Program-made: the position numbers and the translations under genes | Source: an uncultured Pseudomonadota bacterium | GTDB taxonomy: Bacteria > Pseudomonadota > Alphaproteobacteria > RF32 > CAG-239 | DNA length: 64,000 nucleotides | Reading direction: 5' to 3' | Assembly: GCA_949292335.1 (NCBI GenBank) | Contig: CASEYY010000031.1 | Location: 1,075-65,074, forward strand | Notes under the pieces: generated by a model | What the model saw: only the letters and a program-made list of their open reading frames with translations | Databases searched by the model: none | Told to the model about the DNA's origin: nothing | Shown here: piece after piece, positions 40,562-50,161 of the stretch | Position numbering within the stretch: the stretch's first letter is position 1 | How the letters are laid out: every line of letters starts with the position of its first letter

Positions 40562-41395
40562 TTATTTACAATCAAGCTCTTTGGCCAACTGAGCCGCCTT
40601 ATTTTTCAAATTATCGGTTGCCTTAGGAAATTCTTTGGGCAGATTTACAAAAGCGGTGCAAGCCTCGTCTTTTTTGCCGAGCATTTGCATTGACATTCCG
40701 AGTTTTAAGATATTGTCAGCCCCTTTATTGCCGTCTTTATATTTTTCATATCCTTTGGCAAAAGCTACTGCCGCTTTGGCATAATCTTTGCGACCATAGT
40801 AAGATTCGCCCAACCAATATTGAGCATTGGCGGCTAATTTATTATCAGGGAATTTGGTCAGAAATACCGTAAATTTTTCGGCGGCCAATTCGTTGTTACC
40901 GCTGTTAATGGCGTCCAAACCTTCCTGATAAATTTGTTCGGCGGATTTGGTTTTAACTTCCGGCAAATCATCCCCCTTGGTAATTGCTCCGCCGACGATT
41001 GAAGCCGGTGCGTCTTGAGCTACCGGAGCATCAAATTTTTTCTTTGGGGCTTCTTTGCCCAAACCACCGCTTTCAATGGGCTTTCCCTCAATCATTTTCA
41101 GCCGAACATAAATATCTTTGTTAAGCAGATTAATTTTTTCATCCAAAGTTTTAATCTGGTGTTCAATCATATCCATCCGCCCGATAACATCGCGTAAATT
41201 TTCATCCATCTCGCCCATTTTTACCACATCCTGAGCTTCACCGGCTTCCTTGTTGCGATAGTTTTGCCTTTGCATTACTTGTATATCTTCACGCAGCTCA
41301 TCTATTTGTCTTTGCAAAGCATTATCAGACACTGCGTTCACATCAAAAGCCGTCACCAAAACCACAACCGACACAACCAAACCAATTTTTTTCAT
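40562..41395 (-). CDS. cpoB: Tol-Pal system protein CpoB/YbgF (coiled coil + TPR)
   Basis: Signal peptide, long coiled-coil segment, C-terminal TPRs (...AQYWLGESYYGRKDYAKAAVAF...). Confidence 0.8.
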   Translation of the reverse strand: MKKIGLVVSVVVLVTAFDVNAVSDNALQRQIDELREDIQVMQRQNYRNKEAGEAQDVVKMGEMDENLRDVIGRMDMIEHQIKTLDEKINLLNKDIYVRLKMIEGKPIESGGLGKEAPKKKFDAPVAQDAPASIVGGAITKGDDLPEVKTKSAEQIYQEGLDAINSGNNELAAEKFTVFLTKFPDNKLAANAQYWLGESYYGRKDYAKAAVAFAKGYEKYKDGNKGADNILKLGMSMQMLGKKDEACTAFVNLPKEFPKATDNLKNKAAQLAKELDCK

Positions 41396-41460
41396 TTTTC
41401 ATCTCCGGATAAAACAATATTTTATCACAATTTAAAACAAAAGCCCGCAAAGCACAAGAG

Positions 41461-41499
41461 CAAAAAATTATGCCTTCGGAAAACAATCCGAAGGCATAA
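41461..41499 (-). terminator. rho-independent terminator after pal (between pal and cpoB)
   Basis: ttatgccttcgg / ccgaaggcataa 12-bp perfect stem, with a T6 run on the minus strand. Confidence 0.65.
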
Positions 41500-41527
41500 G
41501 TCAGAAACCCTATTATCGTCGTATTTA

Positions 41528-41986
41528 TTATTCGCTTACAACAACGGTAACGGCACGACGGTTTTGAGCCCAAGCAGCTTCGTTGTTACCCAAAACAGCC
41601 GGTCTTTCTTTGCCGTAAGAGATTACAGAAATTCTGTCAGCGGCAATACCTTTAGAAACCAAATACTGTTTTACGGCATTGGCACGTCTTTCACCCAAAG
41701 CCAAGTTGTATTCTCTGGTACCTCTTTCATCGCAGTAACCTTGAACAACAACTTTAACATCTTCATGTTTCTTCAACCATTTAACTTGAGTATCCAAAAC
41801 TTCGGCAGCATCCAAAGAAATAGCAGAGCTGTCAAATGCGAAGAAGACTCTGTCTTCAGCGTTTTCCATGAAGTCACGAGCCATTCTGGATTCGCATTCG
41901 CTGCCGCCAAAGAAAGAGCTTTCGCCCAAAGTTGAACAAGCAGACAAAGCCAAAACAGCACAAAACATACTTAAAAGCTTTTTCAT
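41528..41986 (-). CDS. pal: peptidoglycan-associated lipoprotein Pal (OmpA-like)
   Basis: Lipobox LALSAC. OmpA-like domain FAFDSS.I........L......L.......V...G..DERGT.EYNLALGERRA.AV..YL...G. Confidence 0.92.
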   Translation of the reverse strand: MKKLLSMFCAVLALSACSTLGESSFFGGSECESRMARDFMENAEDRVFFAFDSSAISLDAAEVLDTQVKWLKKHEDVKVVVQGYCDERGTREYNLALGERRANAVKQYLVSKGIAADRISVISYGKERPAVLGNNEAAWAQNRRAVTVVVSE

Positions 41987-42130
41987 TTTATATTCTCCAT
42001 ATGGTTTTAAAATTTTGCAATAACTGCAACCGCAGCTAACACAAGATTAAATTTAGCAACAAAAACTTAATTTTCAATAACAAAAACACATATAGCATAA
42101 AAAAGTTAATATTTTCTCTCTTTTTACAAC

Positions 42131-42177
42131 AAAAAAGGTGTCAAATGCCTTTGCTAAGACATTTAACACCTTTTTTA
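42131..42177. terminator. bidirectional terminator (aaggtgtcaaatg...catttaacacctt)
   Basis: 13-bp stem with 1 mismatch, A6 before and T6 after. Confidence 0.55.
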
Positions 42178-42194
42178 AGGACTTCAGACACTAA

Positions 42195-42854
42195 TTAATA
42201 GCGCACATAATCCTTAAGGTTATCCTCCCAACGCGGACGAAATCTTATTTCGCCGTAGGAGAACTTGCTTGGAGCTTGCTCCATAGCATCATCTTTATGA
42301 TCCATGGTAATCATTCCGTTTACCATGTTCACAAAAATGTCTTTCTTCCCTCCGGTTTCAAACACTCGAAACGGAATTTTCTTTTCCCCAATCATATAAA
42401 CGCCGCGATATTGCGGTGTTCCTAATTGAAAAAAACAAGCAACCCTTTCGGCAGCATTGAGTGCCGCCTGATATACCATAACGTTCCTAGCGTCCATGAT
42501 ATTTGAGAGGTGACCTTCTTTATCTCGCAAATAGGTGCGGGCTTCCGTCGCGTAGCGACCTCTAACCAGGGACCCCAAGCGCACCGGAATCTTCTGATAT
42601 TCATTATTGATATCAGGTTCCAATGCGAAGCCCATACCCATGGGATAAGCCTCTGAGAGAGCCGTCACAATCCCGGTAAACTTATCAGGAAAAAACTCTC
42701 CCGTTTCTTCCTCATAAATACCGGAAAGAAATCTTTCTAGGCGTTCAAATTTTTCCGAACGAGTCGGGCTGGCAGTTCTCAGCCTAATCGGACCTTCCCC
42801 GCTCAAGTAATAATCCCGAGAAATCGTTGGGATTACAATGTTTTCTTTTGCCAT
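42195..42854 (-). CDS. hypothetical protein, 219 aa, no recognisable domain
   Basis: ORF bounded by strong terminator structures on both sides. No TM segment or signal peptide. Confidence 0.5.
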   Translation of the reverse strand: MAKENIVIPTISRDYYLSGEGPIRLRTASPTRSEKFERLERFLSGIYEEETGEFFPDKFTGIVTALSEAYPMGMGFALEPDINNEYQKIPVRLGSLVRGRYATEARTYLRDKEGHLSNIMDARNVMVYQAALNAAERVACFFQLGTPQYRGVYMIGEKKIPFRVFETGGKKDIFVNMVNGMITMDHKDDAMEQAPSKFSYGEIRFRPRWEDNLKDYVRY

Positions 42855-43011
42855 AATTCAATAAATTTAAAATTTTTAAGCCTAAAAGAGCACAGCAAAA
42901 GCCTGCTTGAAACCTGACTTAATAATATTTTCAATAATTTTTTTATAAATCGTAAAATAGCACTTTTAGACAAAATGGTCAACTAGTTTTGTACAAAAAA
43001 CTTTAAAAATC

Positions 43012-43476
43012 TTATTTTTGCCACCTGATTTGCCGCAAAGCTTCGCCCACTACCATTGCCGCCGATATTGCCATATTTATTGAACGAGTATCCGGCGACA
43101 TCGGAATTACCACTCTGGCGTCAGCCAAATTATGCACTTCTTCGGGTACTCCCGCCGATTCGCGTCCCATCAAAATAATGTCGTTTTTTCTAAATTGAAA
43201 ATCGGTATAAGGTTGGCTGGCTTTGGTTGTCATCAAAACGATGCGCCCGTATTCTTGCGGGTTTTGAGTACGAAACTGCAAAAAATCATCCCAGGAATTA
43301 TGCCTGCGATATTCCACCTTATCCAAATAATCCATACCGGCGCGTCGCATTGCCTTTTCATTAAACACAAAACCGCAAGGTTCAATAATATCCAAAGGCA
43401 AATCCAAACAGGCTCCCAGCCTGAGCAAAGTTCCGGTGTTTTGCGGAATATCGGGTTGAAACAAAGCCAAACGCAT
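43012..43476 (-). CDS. trmL: tRNA (cytidine/uridine-2'-O-)-methyltransferase TrmL (SpoU/TrmH family)
   Basis: MRLALFQPDIPQNTGTLLRLGA... and ...ILMGRESAGVPEEV......V.IPM....RSINMAISAAMV trefoil-knot motifs. 154 aa. Confidence 0.85.
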   Translation of the reverse strand: MRLALFQPDIPQNTGTLLRLGACLDLPLDIIEPCGFVFNEKAMRRAGMDYLDKVEYRRHNSWDDFLQFRTQNPQEYGRIVLMTTKASQPYTDFQFRKNDIILMGRESAGVPEEVHNLADARVVIPMSPDTRSINMAISAAMVVGEALRQIRWQK

Positions 43477-43518
43477 TTTTATATCCTCTAAACAAGAAAG
43501 TTTTAAAAGTTATACGAG

Positions 43519-43866
43519 AAGTAAATATACAAGTAGGAATCCGCTCTTTTTTATTTATTCAATGTTTAGCGAGATTAATACGCAGTATATTTACGACGAA
43601 GTGTACACAAAAGAGGTACATGAGGAGTAAATATACAAGTAGGAATCCGCTCTTTTTTATTTATTCAATGTTTAGCGAGATTAATACGCAGTATATTTAC
43701 GACGAAGTGTACACAAAAGAGGTACATGAGGAGTAAATATACCAGTAGGAATCCGCTCTTGTTTATTTATTCAATGTTTAGCGAGATTAATACGCAGTAT
43801 ATTTACGACGAAGTGTACACAAAAAAGGTACATGAGGAGTAAATATACAAGTAGAAATCCGCTAAA
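43519..43866. repeat. 106-bp tandem repeat, 3 full copies plus a diverged partial 4th
   Basis: gagtaaatat recurs at 43625, 43731 and 43837, giving an exact 106-bp period. Copies differ by 2-3 substitutions. Each unit contains the AGTGTAC...GGTACATGA hairpin core. The terminal partial copy ends in cgctaaacattgaataa, the reverse complement of the unit-internal ttattcaatgtttagcg. Confidence 0.9.
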
Positions 43867-44971
43867 CATTGAATAAAAAGTTTAGCAAATCGCCGTCTTG
43901 CACCACATACTCTTTTCCTTCGGAACGCATTTTGCCGGCTTCTTTGCAGGCCTGTTCACCACCCAAAGTAACAAAATCATCATAAGAGATGGTTTCGGCA
44001 CGAATAAAGCCGCGTTCAAAGTCCGAGTGAATGATACCGGCACAGACCGGTGCTTTCGAACCTTTAACAAATGTCCAGGCTCTGACTTCTTTGGGGCCGG
44101 CAGTAAAATAAGTTTGCAGGCCCAAAAGATTGTAACCCTCACGAATAATTTTCGACAATCCGGTTTCTTTTAAGCCCAAAGTCTCCAAAAATTCTTTTTT
44201 CTCGGCTTCGTCATCAAGCTGAGCCACTTCCGATTCTATTGCCGCCGAAATAATTACCGCACGAGCATTTTCTTCTTTGGCCTTTTCAAACACTCTTTTA
44301 GAAAATTCGTTACCCTCTGCGGCCGCCGCCTCATCGACATTACATACATACAATACCGGTTTTGCGGTCAAAAGCTGCAACATTTTATAGGTTTTATAAG
44401 CATCTTTATTGCTCTCATCGGGAGCGGCGGTACGAGCCGGCTGTCCCATTTTCAAGGCTTCGATAATCGGAGCCATAACCGACACATTAAGGATGGCTTC
44501 TTTATCACCGCCTTTGGCTTTTTTCTGAGCCTGATCAAACCTTTTTTCCAAAGATTCCAAATCGGCAATCATTAACTCGGTTTCAACAATTTCGGCATCA
44601 CGAATAGGGTCGACCGAACCTTCGACATGGGTAATATTTTCGTCTTCAAAACAACGCAACACATGAATTATGGCATCCACTTCACGAATATTGGCCAAAA
44701 ACTGGTTGCCCAAGCCCTCACCCTTGGAAGCACCTTTAACCAATCCGGCAATATCAACAAATTCGAGTTGGGTCGGCACAATTTGTTTGGGTTTTACAAT
44801 ATCGGCAAGCTTTTGCAACCTCTCATCCGGCACTGCCACCCTACCGGTATTTGGTTCAATCGTACAAAACGGAAAATTGGCTGCCTGTGCCGCAATGGTT
44901 TGGGTTAAGGCATTAAACAAAGTAGATTTTCCCACATTAGGCAATCCGACAATACCGCAATTAAATCCCAT
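43862..44971 (-). CDS. ychF: ribosome-binding ATPase YchF (Ola1)
   Basis: [18 protein letters not shown].....[19 protein letters not shown]-terminal TGS domain. Confidence 0.93.
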   Translation of the reverse strand: MGFNCGIVGLPNVGKSTLFNALTQTIAAQAANFPFCTIEPNTGRVAVPDERLQKLADIVKPKQIVPTQLEFVDIAGLVKGASKGEGLGNQFLANIREVDAIIHVLRCFEDENITHVEGSVDPIRDAEIVETELMIADLESLEKRFDQAQKKAKGGDKEAILNVSVMAPIIEALKMGQPARTAAPDESNKDAYKTYKMLQLLTAKPVLYVCNVDEAAAAEGNEFSKRVFEKAKEENARAVIISAAIESEVAQLDDEAEKKEFLETLGLKETGLSKIIREGYNLLGLQTYFTAGPKEVRAWTFVKGSKAPVCAGIIHSDFERGFIRAETISYDDFVTLGGEQACKEAGKMRSEGKEYVVQDGDLLNFLFNV

Positions 44972-45052
44972 ATCAAAACTCTCCCCAAAAATTCAAAATC
45001 GGCATTGTTATAGCTTATAATTTTCGCAATTTCAACCGCAAAAAAGCTTGTA

Positions 45053-45625
45053 TCAGTTCTTTTGTCTCATTCCCAAGCAAGACGAATATTCGGCAATTCC
45101 TTTTTCAATCAACACTTCTATGGTATCTAAAATCAGCTCAATATCTTTTTGCAAAACTTCTTTTTCAGCCTTGCCGAAACCGGACAACACATGATTAACC
45201 ACCTCTTCGCCTTTGCCAATAGGATGCCCGACCCCGATTCTGATACGATTGTAATTCGGCGTAATTGCCGCATCTATTGATTTTAATCCGTTATGTCCGC
45301 CGGCACCACCGCCGAGTTTGGCTTTTATCTTGCCCAATGGCAAATCCATATCATCGTGAATAACTATTATGTTTTGCGGTAAAATCTTATAAAAATTAGC
45401 GGCTTTTACTACTGCATTACCGGACAAATTCATATAGGTTTGCGGTTTTAAGATATAAACCTTTTCTGCCCCAATTTTGCCTTCGGCAATCAAGGCGTCA
45501 AATTTGCTCTTAAACGGAGCAAATCCAAACTTTTGTGCCAAAGCATCAACCGTCATAAAACCGGCATTGTGACGGGTATTTTCATATTCTTTTCCGGGGT
45601 TTCCCAAACCAACGATTAAAAACAT
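45053..45625 (-). CDS. pth: peptidyl-tRNA hydrolase
   Basis: LIVGLGNPG..Y..TRHN.GF......L. 190 aa. Confidence 0.92.
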   Translation of the reverse strand: MFLIVGLGNPGKEYENTRHNAGFMTVDALAQKFGFAPFKSKFDALIAEGKIGAEKVYILKPQTYMNLSGNAVVKAANFYKILPQNIIVIHDDMDLPLGKIKAKLGGGAGGHNGLKSIDAAITPNYNRIRIGVGHPIGKGEEVVNHVLSGFGKAEKEVLQKDIELILDTIEVLIEKGIAEYSSCLGMRQKN

Positions 45626-45640
45626 TTTACATCTCTTTTA

Positions 45641-45679
45641 TAAAAAAGCGGCACCAAGAAATATTTATCCTCGTGCCGC
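45641..45679 (-). terminator. rho-independent terminator after rplY
   Basis: gcggcac...gtgccgc stem, with a T6 run on the minus strand. Confidence 0.5.
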
Positions 45680-45721
45680 CATATCGCCAATTTTGTATTA
45701 GTTGCCCATTAGACGAATTTT

Positions 45722-46012
45722 TTACTTTCTGATGAAATCAACATGAATAGGCTTATCCGAAACCGGATGGAACTGCACATCTTTGCAAACAACGGCAATT
45801 TTTTGTCCGTCAACAACAACTTCTACATCAGCTTCATAAAAACCTCTGGTGTCAAGAGCCTTTTCCAACTCTACCGGATGCAAAGAAACCATCATCGGTT
45901 CTTGTTTTCCACCATAAATAACGGCAGGAATACGGCCCTCACGACGACATGCACGAGCTGCCCCCTTACCTGCTTTTTCTCTTTTTTCTGCATTAAAAGT
46001 AATCATTTTCAA
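45722..46012 (-). CDS. rplY: 50S ribosomal protein L25 (short form)
   Basis: ...R.G.GAAR..RR.G.IPAVIYGG...P..V....EL........ 96 aa. Conserved rplY-pth-ychF order. Confidence 0.8.
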   Translation of the reverse strand: MKMITFNAEKREKAGKGAARACRREGRIPAVIYGGKQEPMMVSLHPVELEKALDTRGFYEADVEVVVDGQKIAVVCKDVQFHPVSDKPIHVDFIRK

Positions 46013-46112
46013 AATCCTTTATAAAATAAACCAAACGACTCAAAGACCTCCAGGGGTGTCTTCAAGCACATGTCCTTATAACGCAATTTTTTTATTTTTC
46101 AAGGATTTTTTA

Positions 46113-46149
46113 AAACAAAAAACGGCAAGGTCTTCAAGACCTCACCGTT
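46113..46149 (-). terminator. terminator-like hairpin after ORF 46155-46634
   Basis: aacggcaaggtcttcaagacctcaccgtt imperfect stem, with a T-run on the minus strand. Confidence 0.4.
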
Positions 46150-46154
46150 GAAGT

Positions 46155-46634
46155 TTATGACAAGTTGCAGTAAACATCTTCCGGTTCTCCGCGTTTGTCA
46201 TATAGAACAAACAAATCAACCTTGTAGGTTTCTTGTTTGTTCAATTTCTCATCCCCGATATACAACACCGGAAATGAAACTCCTTTCATTTTCGCTTCCC
46301 CTTCTCTGCCGTTTTCTTTGTCGGTCAAGAAAAAGTCGACATTTTTGCCGTAGTGGGTTACAAAATCAAGAAAATCTGCTCTTGCTTGATGCAGAATTTC
46401 TTGTTGCACCCCTATAACCAGCATAAGAAGGGTGATGTTAAATACCAATTCGGGGGGATTTTTATAAAAAATTGCCCCCACAGCCACGAATAACATGACA
46501 TCAACAACCTTTAAGATCATTGAGAGTCCGAATATTGCCGAAAACGACAATAACGTTCCGCGGCAGCAGAATTGGTATAACAAATAGGTTCCCAGCAACA
46601 TCAGTACCGGAAACAAAATTTTTAACATTTCCAT
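46155..46634 (-). CDS. hypothetical membrane protein (3 N-terminal TM helices + soluble C-terminal domain)
   Basis: ORF only. Hydrophobic N-terminal 90 aa. Confidence 0.45.
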   Translation of the reverse strand: MEMLKILFPVLMLLGTYLLYQFCCRGTLLSFSAIFGLSMILKVVDVMLFVAVGAIFYKNPPELVFNITLLMLVIGVQQEILHQARADFLDFVTHYGKNVDFFLTDKENGREGEAKMKGVSFPVLYIGDEKLNKQETYKVDLFVLYDKRGEPEDVYCNLS

Positions 46635-46655
46635 ATAAAAAAATTAAAAGATTTA

Positions 46656-46895
46656 TTACTCAAGAACCCAAATTTCCTCGGTTACATCGTAACCAACAAC
46701 TTTGAGTCTCTTTAATTTTTTGGCGTAACTGCTAATTACACCATTTTCAAAATACCGCCCCTTCCATTCAAAAGAACAGTACCTGATTTCTCCGCAACGC
46801 CGTATCTCTACAATTTTAACGGCATTCCGTTTCAGATAAATCCGCCTTGCCACGAACACTATCAATGACAAAAGCAAAAGAATATATGCTCCCAT
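46656..46895 (-). CDS. hypothetical small membrane-anchored protein (79 aa)
   Basis: N-terminal TM helix, then a ~55-aa beta-rich tail. Lies 21 nt upstream of the previous ORF. Confidence 0.35.
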   Translation of the reverse strand: MGAYILLLLSLIVFVARRIYLKRNAVKIVEIRRCGEIRYCSFEWKGRYFENGVISSYAKKLKRLKVVGYDVTEEIWVLE

Positions 46896-46962
46896 AATAT
46901 ATAAATTATATTTCCTTATGACATAAATTTATCAGAAATAGACAAAATTGTCAAACATAAAA

Positions 46963-46996
46963 AGACAAAAAACAGCCCATTTTTTACTTTGGGCTG
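46963..46996 (-). terminator. rho-independent terminator after infB
   Basis: aacagccc...gggctgtt stem, with a T8 run on the minus strand (also TTTT on plus). Confidence 0.6.
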
Positions 46997-47018
46997 TTTT
47001 ACACTGATTTTCAAATAG

Positions 47019-49520
47019 TTAGGCTTGCAATTTTGCGGCAATTTCCTCAATCTCATAACATTCAATAAAGTCACCTTTCTGAATGTCATTATAATTTTCA
47101 AATGAAATACCGCACTCAAACCCTTCTTTAACTTCTTTTACATCTTCTTTGAAGCGCTTGAGCTGGCCGATAGCTCCGTCATGAATAACCACATTATCAC
47201 GCAACAAGCGGATTTTAGCACCGCGTTTAACCATACCCTCGGTAACCATACAACCGCCGACCTTGCCCACGCCGGTAATATTATAAACTTCTCTGATTTC
47301 GGCATAACCCAAGAGTTTTTCTTTAAGTTCGGGCGATAACATACCTTCCAAACCTTTCTTAATATCATCCAAAACATCGTAAATGATTGAATAATACTTA
47401 ATCTCAACTCCGTCACGACGAGCCATATCTCGGGCTTGGGCATTGGCACGAACATTAAATCCGATAATCAAAGCATGAGACGCTTTAGCCAAAGTTACAT
47501 CCGATTCGGAAATTGCACCGACAGCCGAATGCAGTATCTGAACGCTAACCTCATCATTAGAAAGCTTGGAAACCGTACCTTCAATAGCCTCAATCGACCC
47601 TTGAACATCGGCTTTGATAATAATCGGCAAGTGTTTAACCTCACCGGACTTAATCTTATCAAGCATTTGTTCCATAGCCGACTTAGCCGATTTAACCAAT
47701 TTGGCTTCGCGTTCTTTTCTGATACGATATCCGGTAATTTCTTTGGCTTTTCCCTCATCGGCAACAACTACAAAATCATCACCGGCCGAAGGCGTCCCTT
47801 GTAACCCGATAACCTCTACCGGAGTAGCCGGACCTGCTTCTTGCATTTTTTGACCATTCTCATTAAACATGGCACGAACATGGCCCCACTCTTTACCGGC
47901 AATACAAATATCACCGACTTTGAGTGTTCCTTTCTGTACCAAAGCCGTAACTACCGTACCGCGGCCTTTTTCCATTTTGGCTTCAATAATTGCACCTTCG
48001 GCATTACGATTCGGATTGGCTTTCAAATCAAGCATTTCGGCCTGCAGCAAAATTGCATCGACCAATTTGTCGATATTAATGCGTTTTTTAGCCGAAACCT
48101 CGGCACACAAACACTCGCCGCCCATTTCTTCGACACCGATTCCGTGTTGCAACAAAGAGGTTTTAACCTTCATCGGATCGGCACCGGGCAAATCGATTTT
48201 ATTAATTGCCACCACAATCGGCACTTCGGCGGCCTGAGCATGGCGAATAGCCTCAATCGTTTGCGGCATGATGCCGTCATTGGCCGCCACCACCAAAACC
48301 ACGATATCGGTAACCTTAGCACCTCTGGCACGCATTTCAGAGAATGCTTCGTGACCAGGGGTATCAATAAAGGTAATCTTATCACCCGATTTAACGGTAA
48401 TCTGATAAGCACCGATATGTTGGGTTATACCACCGGCCTCTTTTGCGGCAACATTAGTTTCACGCAAAGCATCGAGCAAAGAGGTTTTACCATGGTCAAC
48501 GTGTCCCATAACGGTAACCACAGGAGCTCTGGGCAACAGCATATCCGGAGTATCTTCATTGGCTGTCAAGATTTGCTCAACATCGCTATCCGCCACTCTC
48601 TTAAATTTGTGACCAAACTCTTCAACAATAATCTGAGCGGTATCGGCATCAATCGGTTGGTTAATGGTTGCCATAACTCCCAAAGACATCAATTTTTTAA
48701 TAACTTCGGCAGATTTTTCGGCCATACGATTGGCCAACTCTTGCACGGTTATAATTTCCGGAATAATAACTTCTTTAATCACCTTCTCCGCAGGTGCAAC
48801 CTGCACCACCGATTTAGGCTGTTTTTTCTTAAATCTGCGACGCGGTGCCCCATAGCCGTAATCATCATCGTCATCATCACCGCTTGAGATATTGTGAATA
48901 CTAACTTTTGCCTGTCGGCGTTGCGGTTCAAAAGATCGCTTGGTTATTTGTTTTTTGCGTTCTTGCTCAAACACCTCTTCCTTTGACACGGCCTTTTTCA
49001 CCGAACCTGCCGGAATATAGTCATCATCATCTTCTTCATCATCAAAATCATGTTTCTGTCTTTCCTTAAATTTGGTCAAGACCCGATTTTCATTTTCCTT
49101 AACCTGAACCGCCGCGTCTTCTTTCTTTTGCTGTTCGACTTCTTTTTTCTGTTGTTCGGCTTCTTTTTTAGCCTTTTCCTCGGCTTGAGCTTTTTCTGCC
49201 GCTTCGATTTCTTTTTGTTTACGCAGTTCTTCTTCTTTTTGTTTTTGTCTTAATAAGTTGCGTTCCTCTTCCTCTTGTCGGCGTTTAGAATCATATTCTT
49301 TTGCCTCGGCAATCAGCTTTAACTTAGCCGCAGTTTCTTCATCAATTTTCGGTTTGGTTTCGGTCTGCGGATTCTGCCCGATAACTCTTTTTTTGCGCAC
49401 CTCAACCTGCACCATTTTTTTACCGTCAGCCGCCTGCGGCTTACCGCTGAGCTTAAGTGTCAGGGTAGATTTTCCCGATAATGTTAATTTAGTTTTTGCA
49501 TTATCATCTGTCATATACAT
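47019..49520 (-). CDS. infB: translation initiation factor IF-2
   Basis: Lys/Glu-rich N-terminal region. G-domain [16 protein letters not shown]...DTPGHEAF...NKID. C-terminal beta-barrels. Confidence 0.96.
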   Translation of the reverse strand: MYMTDDNAKTKLTLSGKSTLTLKLSGKPQAADGKKMVQVEVRKKRVIGQNPQTETKPKIDEETAAKLKLIAEAKEYDSKRRQEEEERNLLRQKQKEEELRKQKEIEAAEKAQAEEKAKKEAEQQKKEVEQQKKEDAAVQVKENENRVLTKFKERQKHDFDDEEDDDDYIPAGSVKKAVSKEEVFEQERKKQITKRSFEPQRRQAKVSIHNISSGDDDDDDYGYGAPRRRFKKKQPKSVVQVAPAEKVIKEVIIPEIITVQELANRMAEKSAEVIKKLMSLGVMATINQPIDADTAQIIVEEFGHKFKRVADSDVEQILTANEDTPDMLLPRAPVVTVMGHVDHGKTSLLDALRETNVAAKEAGGITQHIGAYQITVKSGDKITFIDTPGHEAFSEMRARGAKVTDIVVLVVAANDGIMPQTIEAIRHAQAAEVPIVVAINKIDLPGADPMKVKTSLLQHGIGVEEMGGECLCAEVSAKKRINIDKLVDAILLQAEMLDLKANPNRNAEGAIIEAKMEKGRGTVVTALVQKGTLKVGDICIAGKEWGHVRAMFNENGQKMQEAGPATPVEVIGLQGTPSAGDDFVVVADEGKAKEITGYRIRKEREAKLVKSAKSAMEQMLDKIKSGEVKHLPIIIKADVQGSIEAIEGTVSKLSNDEVSVQILHSAVGAISESDVTLAKASHALIIGFNVRANAQARDMARRDGVEIKYYSIIYDVLDDIKKGLEGMLSPELKEKLLGYAEIREVYNITGVGKVGGCMVTEGMVKRGAKIRLLRDNVVIHDGAIGQLKRFKEDVKEVKEGFECGISFENYNDIQKGDFIECYEIEEIAAKLQA

Positions 49521-49539
49521 TCATCTCCGTTTCTAATCT

Positions 49540-50112
49540 TTAGTTGTTTAAGAATGAGGTCAGAGCGACAAAAGTTTTTCTAACCGCCTTTGCCATATCG
49601 CCTCCTTTTAAAAAGGCCAAATGGACTGTATTATCTCTTGCTAATTCTTTATCTAACTCCTCTGTCTTAAACAAACTGAAAATTTCCAAATTTTTGGCGG
49701 CTGCCATAATTTTCTTATGCCCGTCTTCACCTGCATCGGAGGCCTCCAACAAAAACTCGACATTATTTTTTTTCAAAGCCTCTGTCACCTTATCCATTCC
49801 GCAAACCAAACATCCGGCTTTGCGAGCCAAAGACACGGCATCAAGAGCCTGCTTGTGCAAAATATTTTCGACCTGAGTTACTAACTCATCTCCGACTTTT
49901 GCTTTAATTTTTAGAGCTTTGGCAAACAAATTTGCCTTTACGGCTTTTTGCAACAACGACTTTGCATTGCAAACATAAACCCCTTTACCGGGCAATCTTT
50001 TCTTAAAATCCGGCACCACGGTTCCGTCAGGCAACACGGCAAAACGCAACATCTGTTCTTTTTCTGTCACGACAGAGCTTGCAATACATTTTCTGGTCGT
50101 TTCTTTTTGCAT
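49540..50112 (-). CDS. YlxR (DUF448)-L7Ae-like RNA-binding fusion protein between nusA and infB
   Basis: RKCIAS...E.LRF (DUF448 core). The C-terminal half resembles L7Ae/L30e. Position between nusA and infB is typical of alphaproteobacteria. Confidence 0.75.
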   Translation of the reverse strand: MQKETTRKCIASSVVTEKEQMLRFAVLPDGTVVPDFKKRLPGKGVYVCNAKSLLQKAVKANLFAKALKIKAKVGDELVTQVENILHKQALDAVSLARKAGCLVCGMDKVTEALKKNNVEFLLEASDAGEDGHKKIMAAAKNLEIFSLFKTEELDKELARDNTVHLAFLKGGDMAKAVRKTFVALTSFLNN

Positions 50113-50161
50113 TTTTTAATCCCTAAGTCGACGGGAGGTATTCCCGTCGACCATTGTTATA

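Noticed and set aside
47841-48887. 348-aa ORF antisense to infB, with similar shadow ORFs inside pnp (32327-32995), fabG (35722-36231), bipA (21125-21646) and cpoB/pal (41264-41935)
   Set aside because: All lie wholly within confidently identified genes on the opposite strand and have no recognisable features. Treated as spurious.
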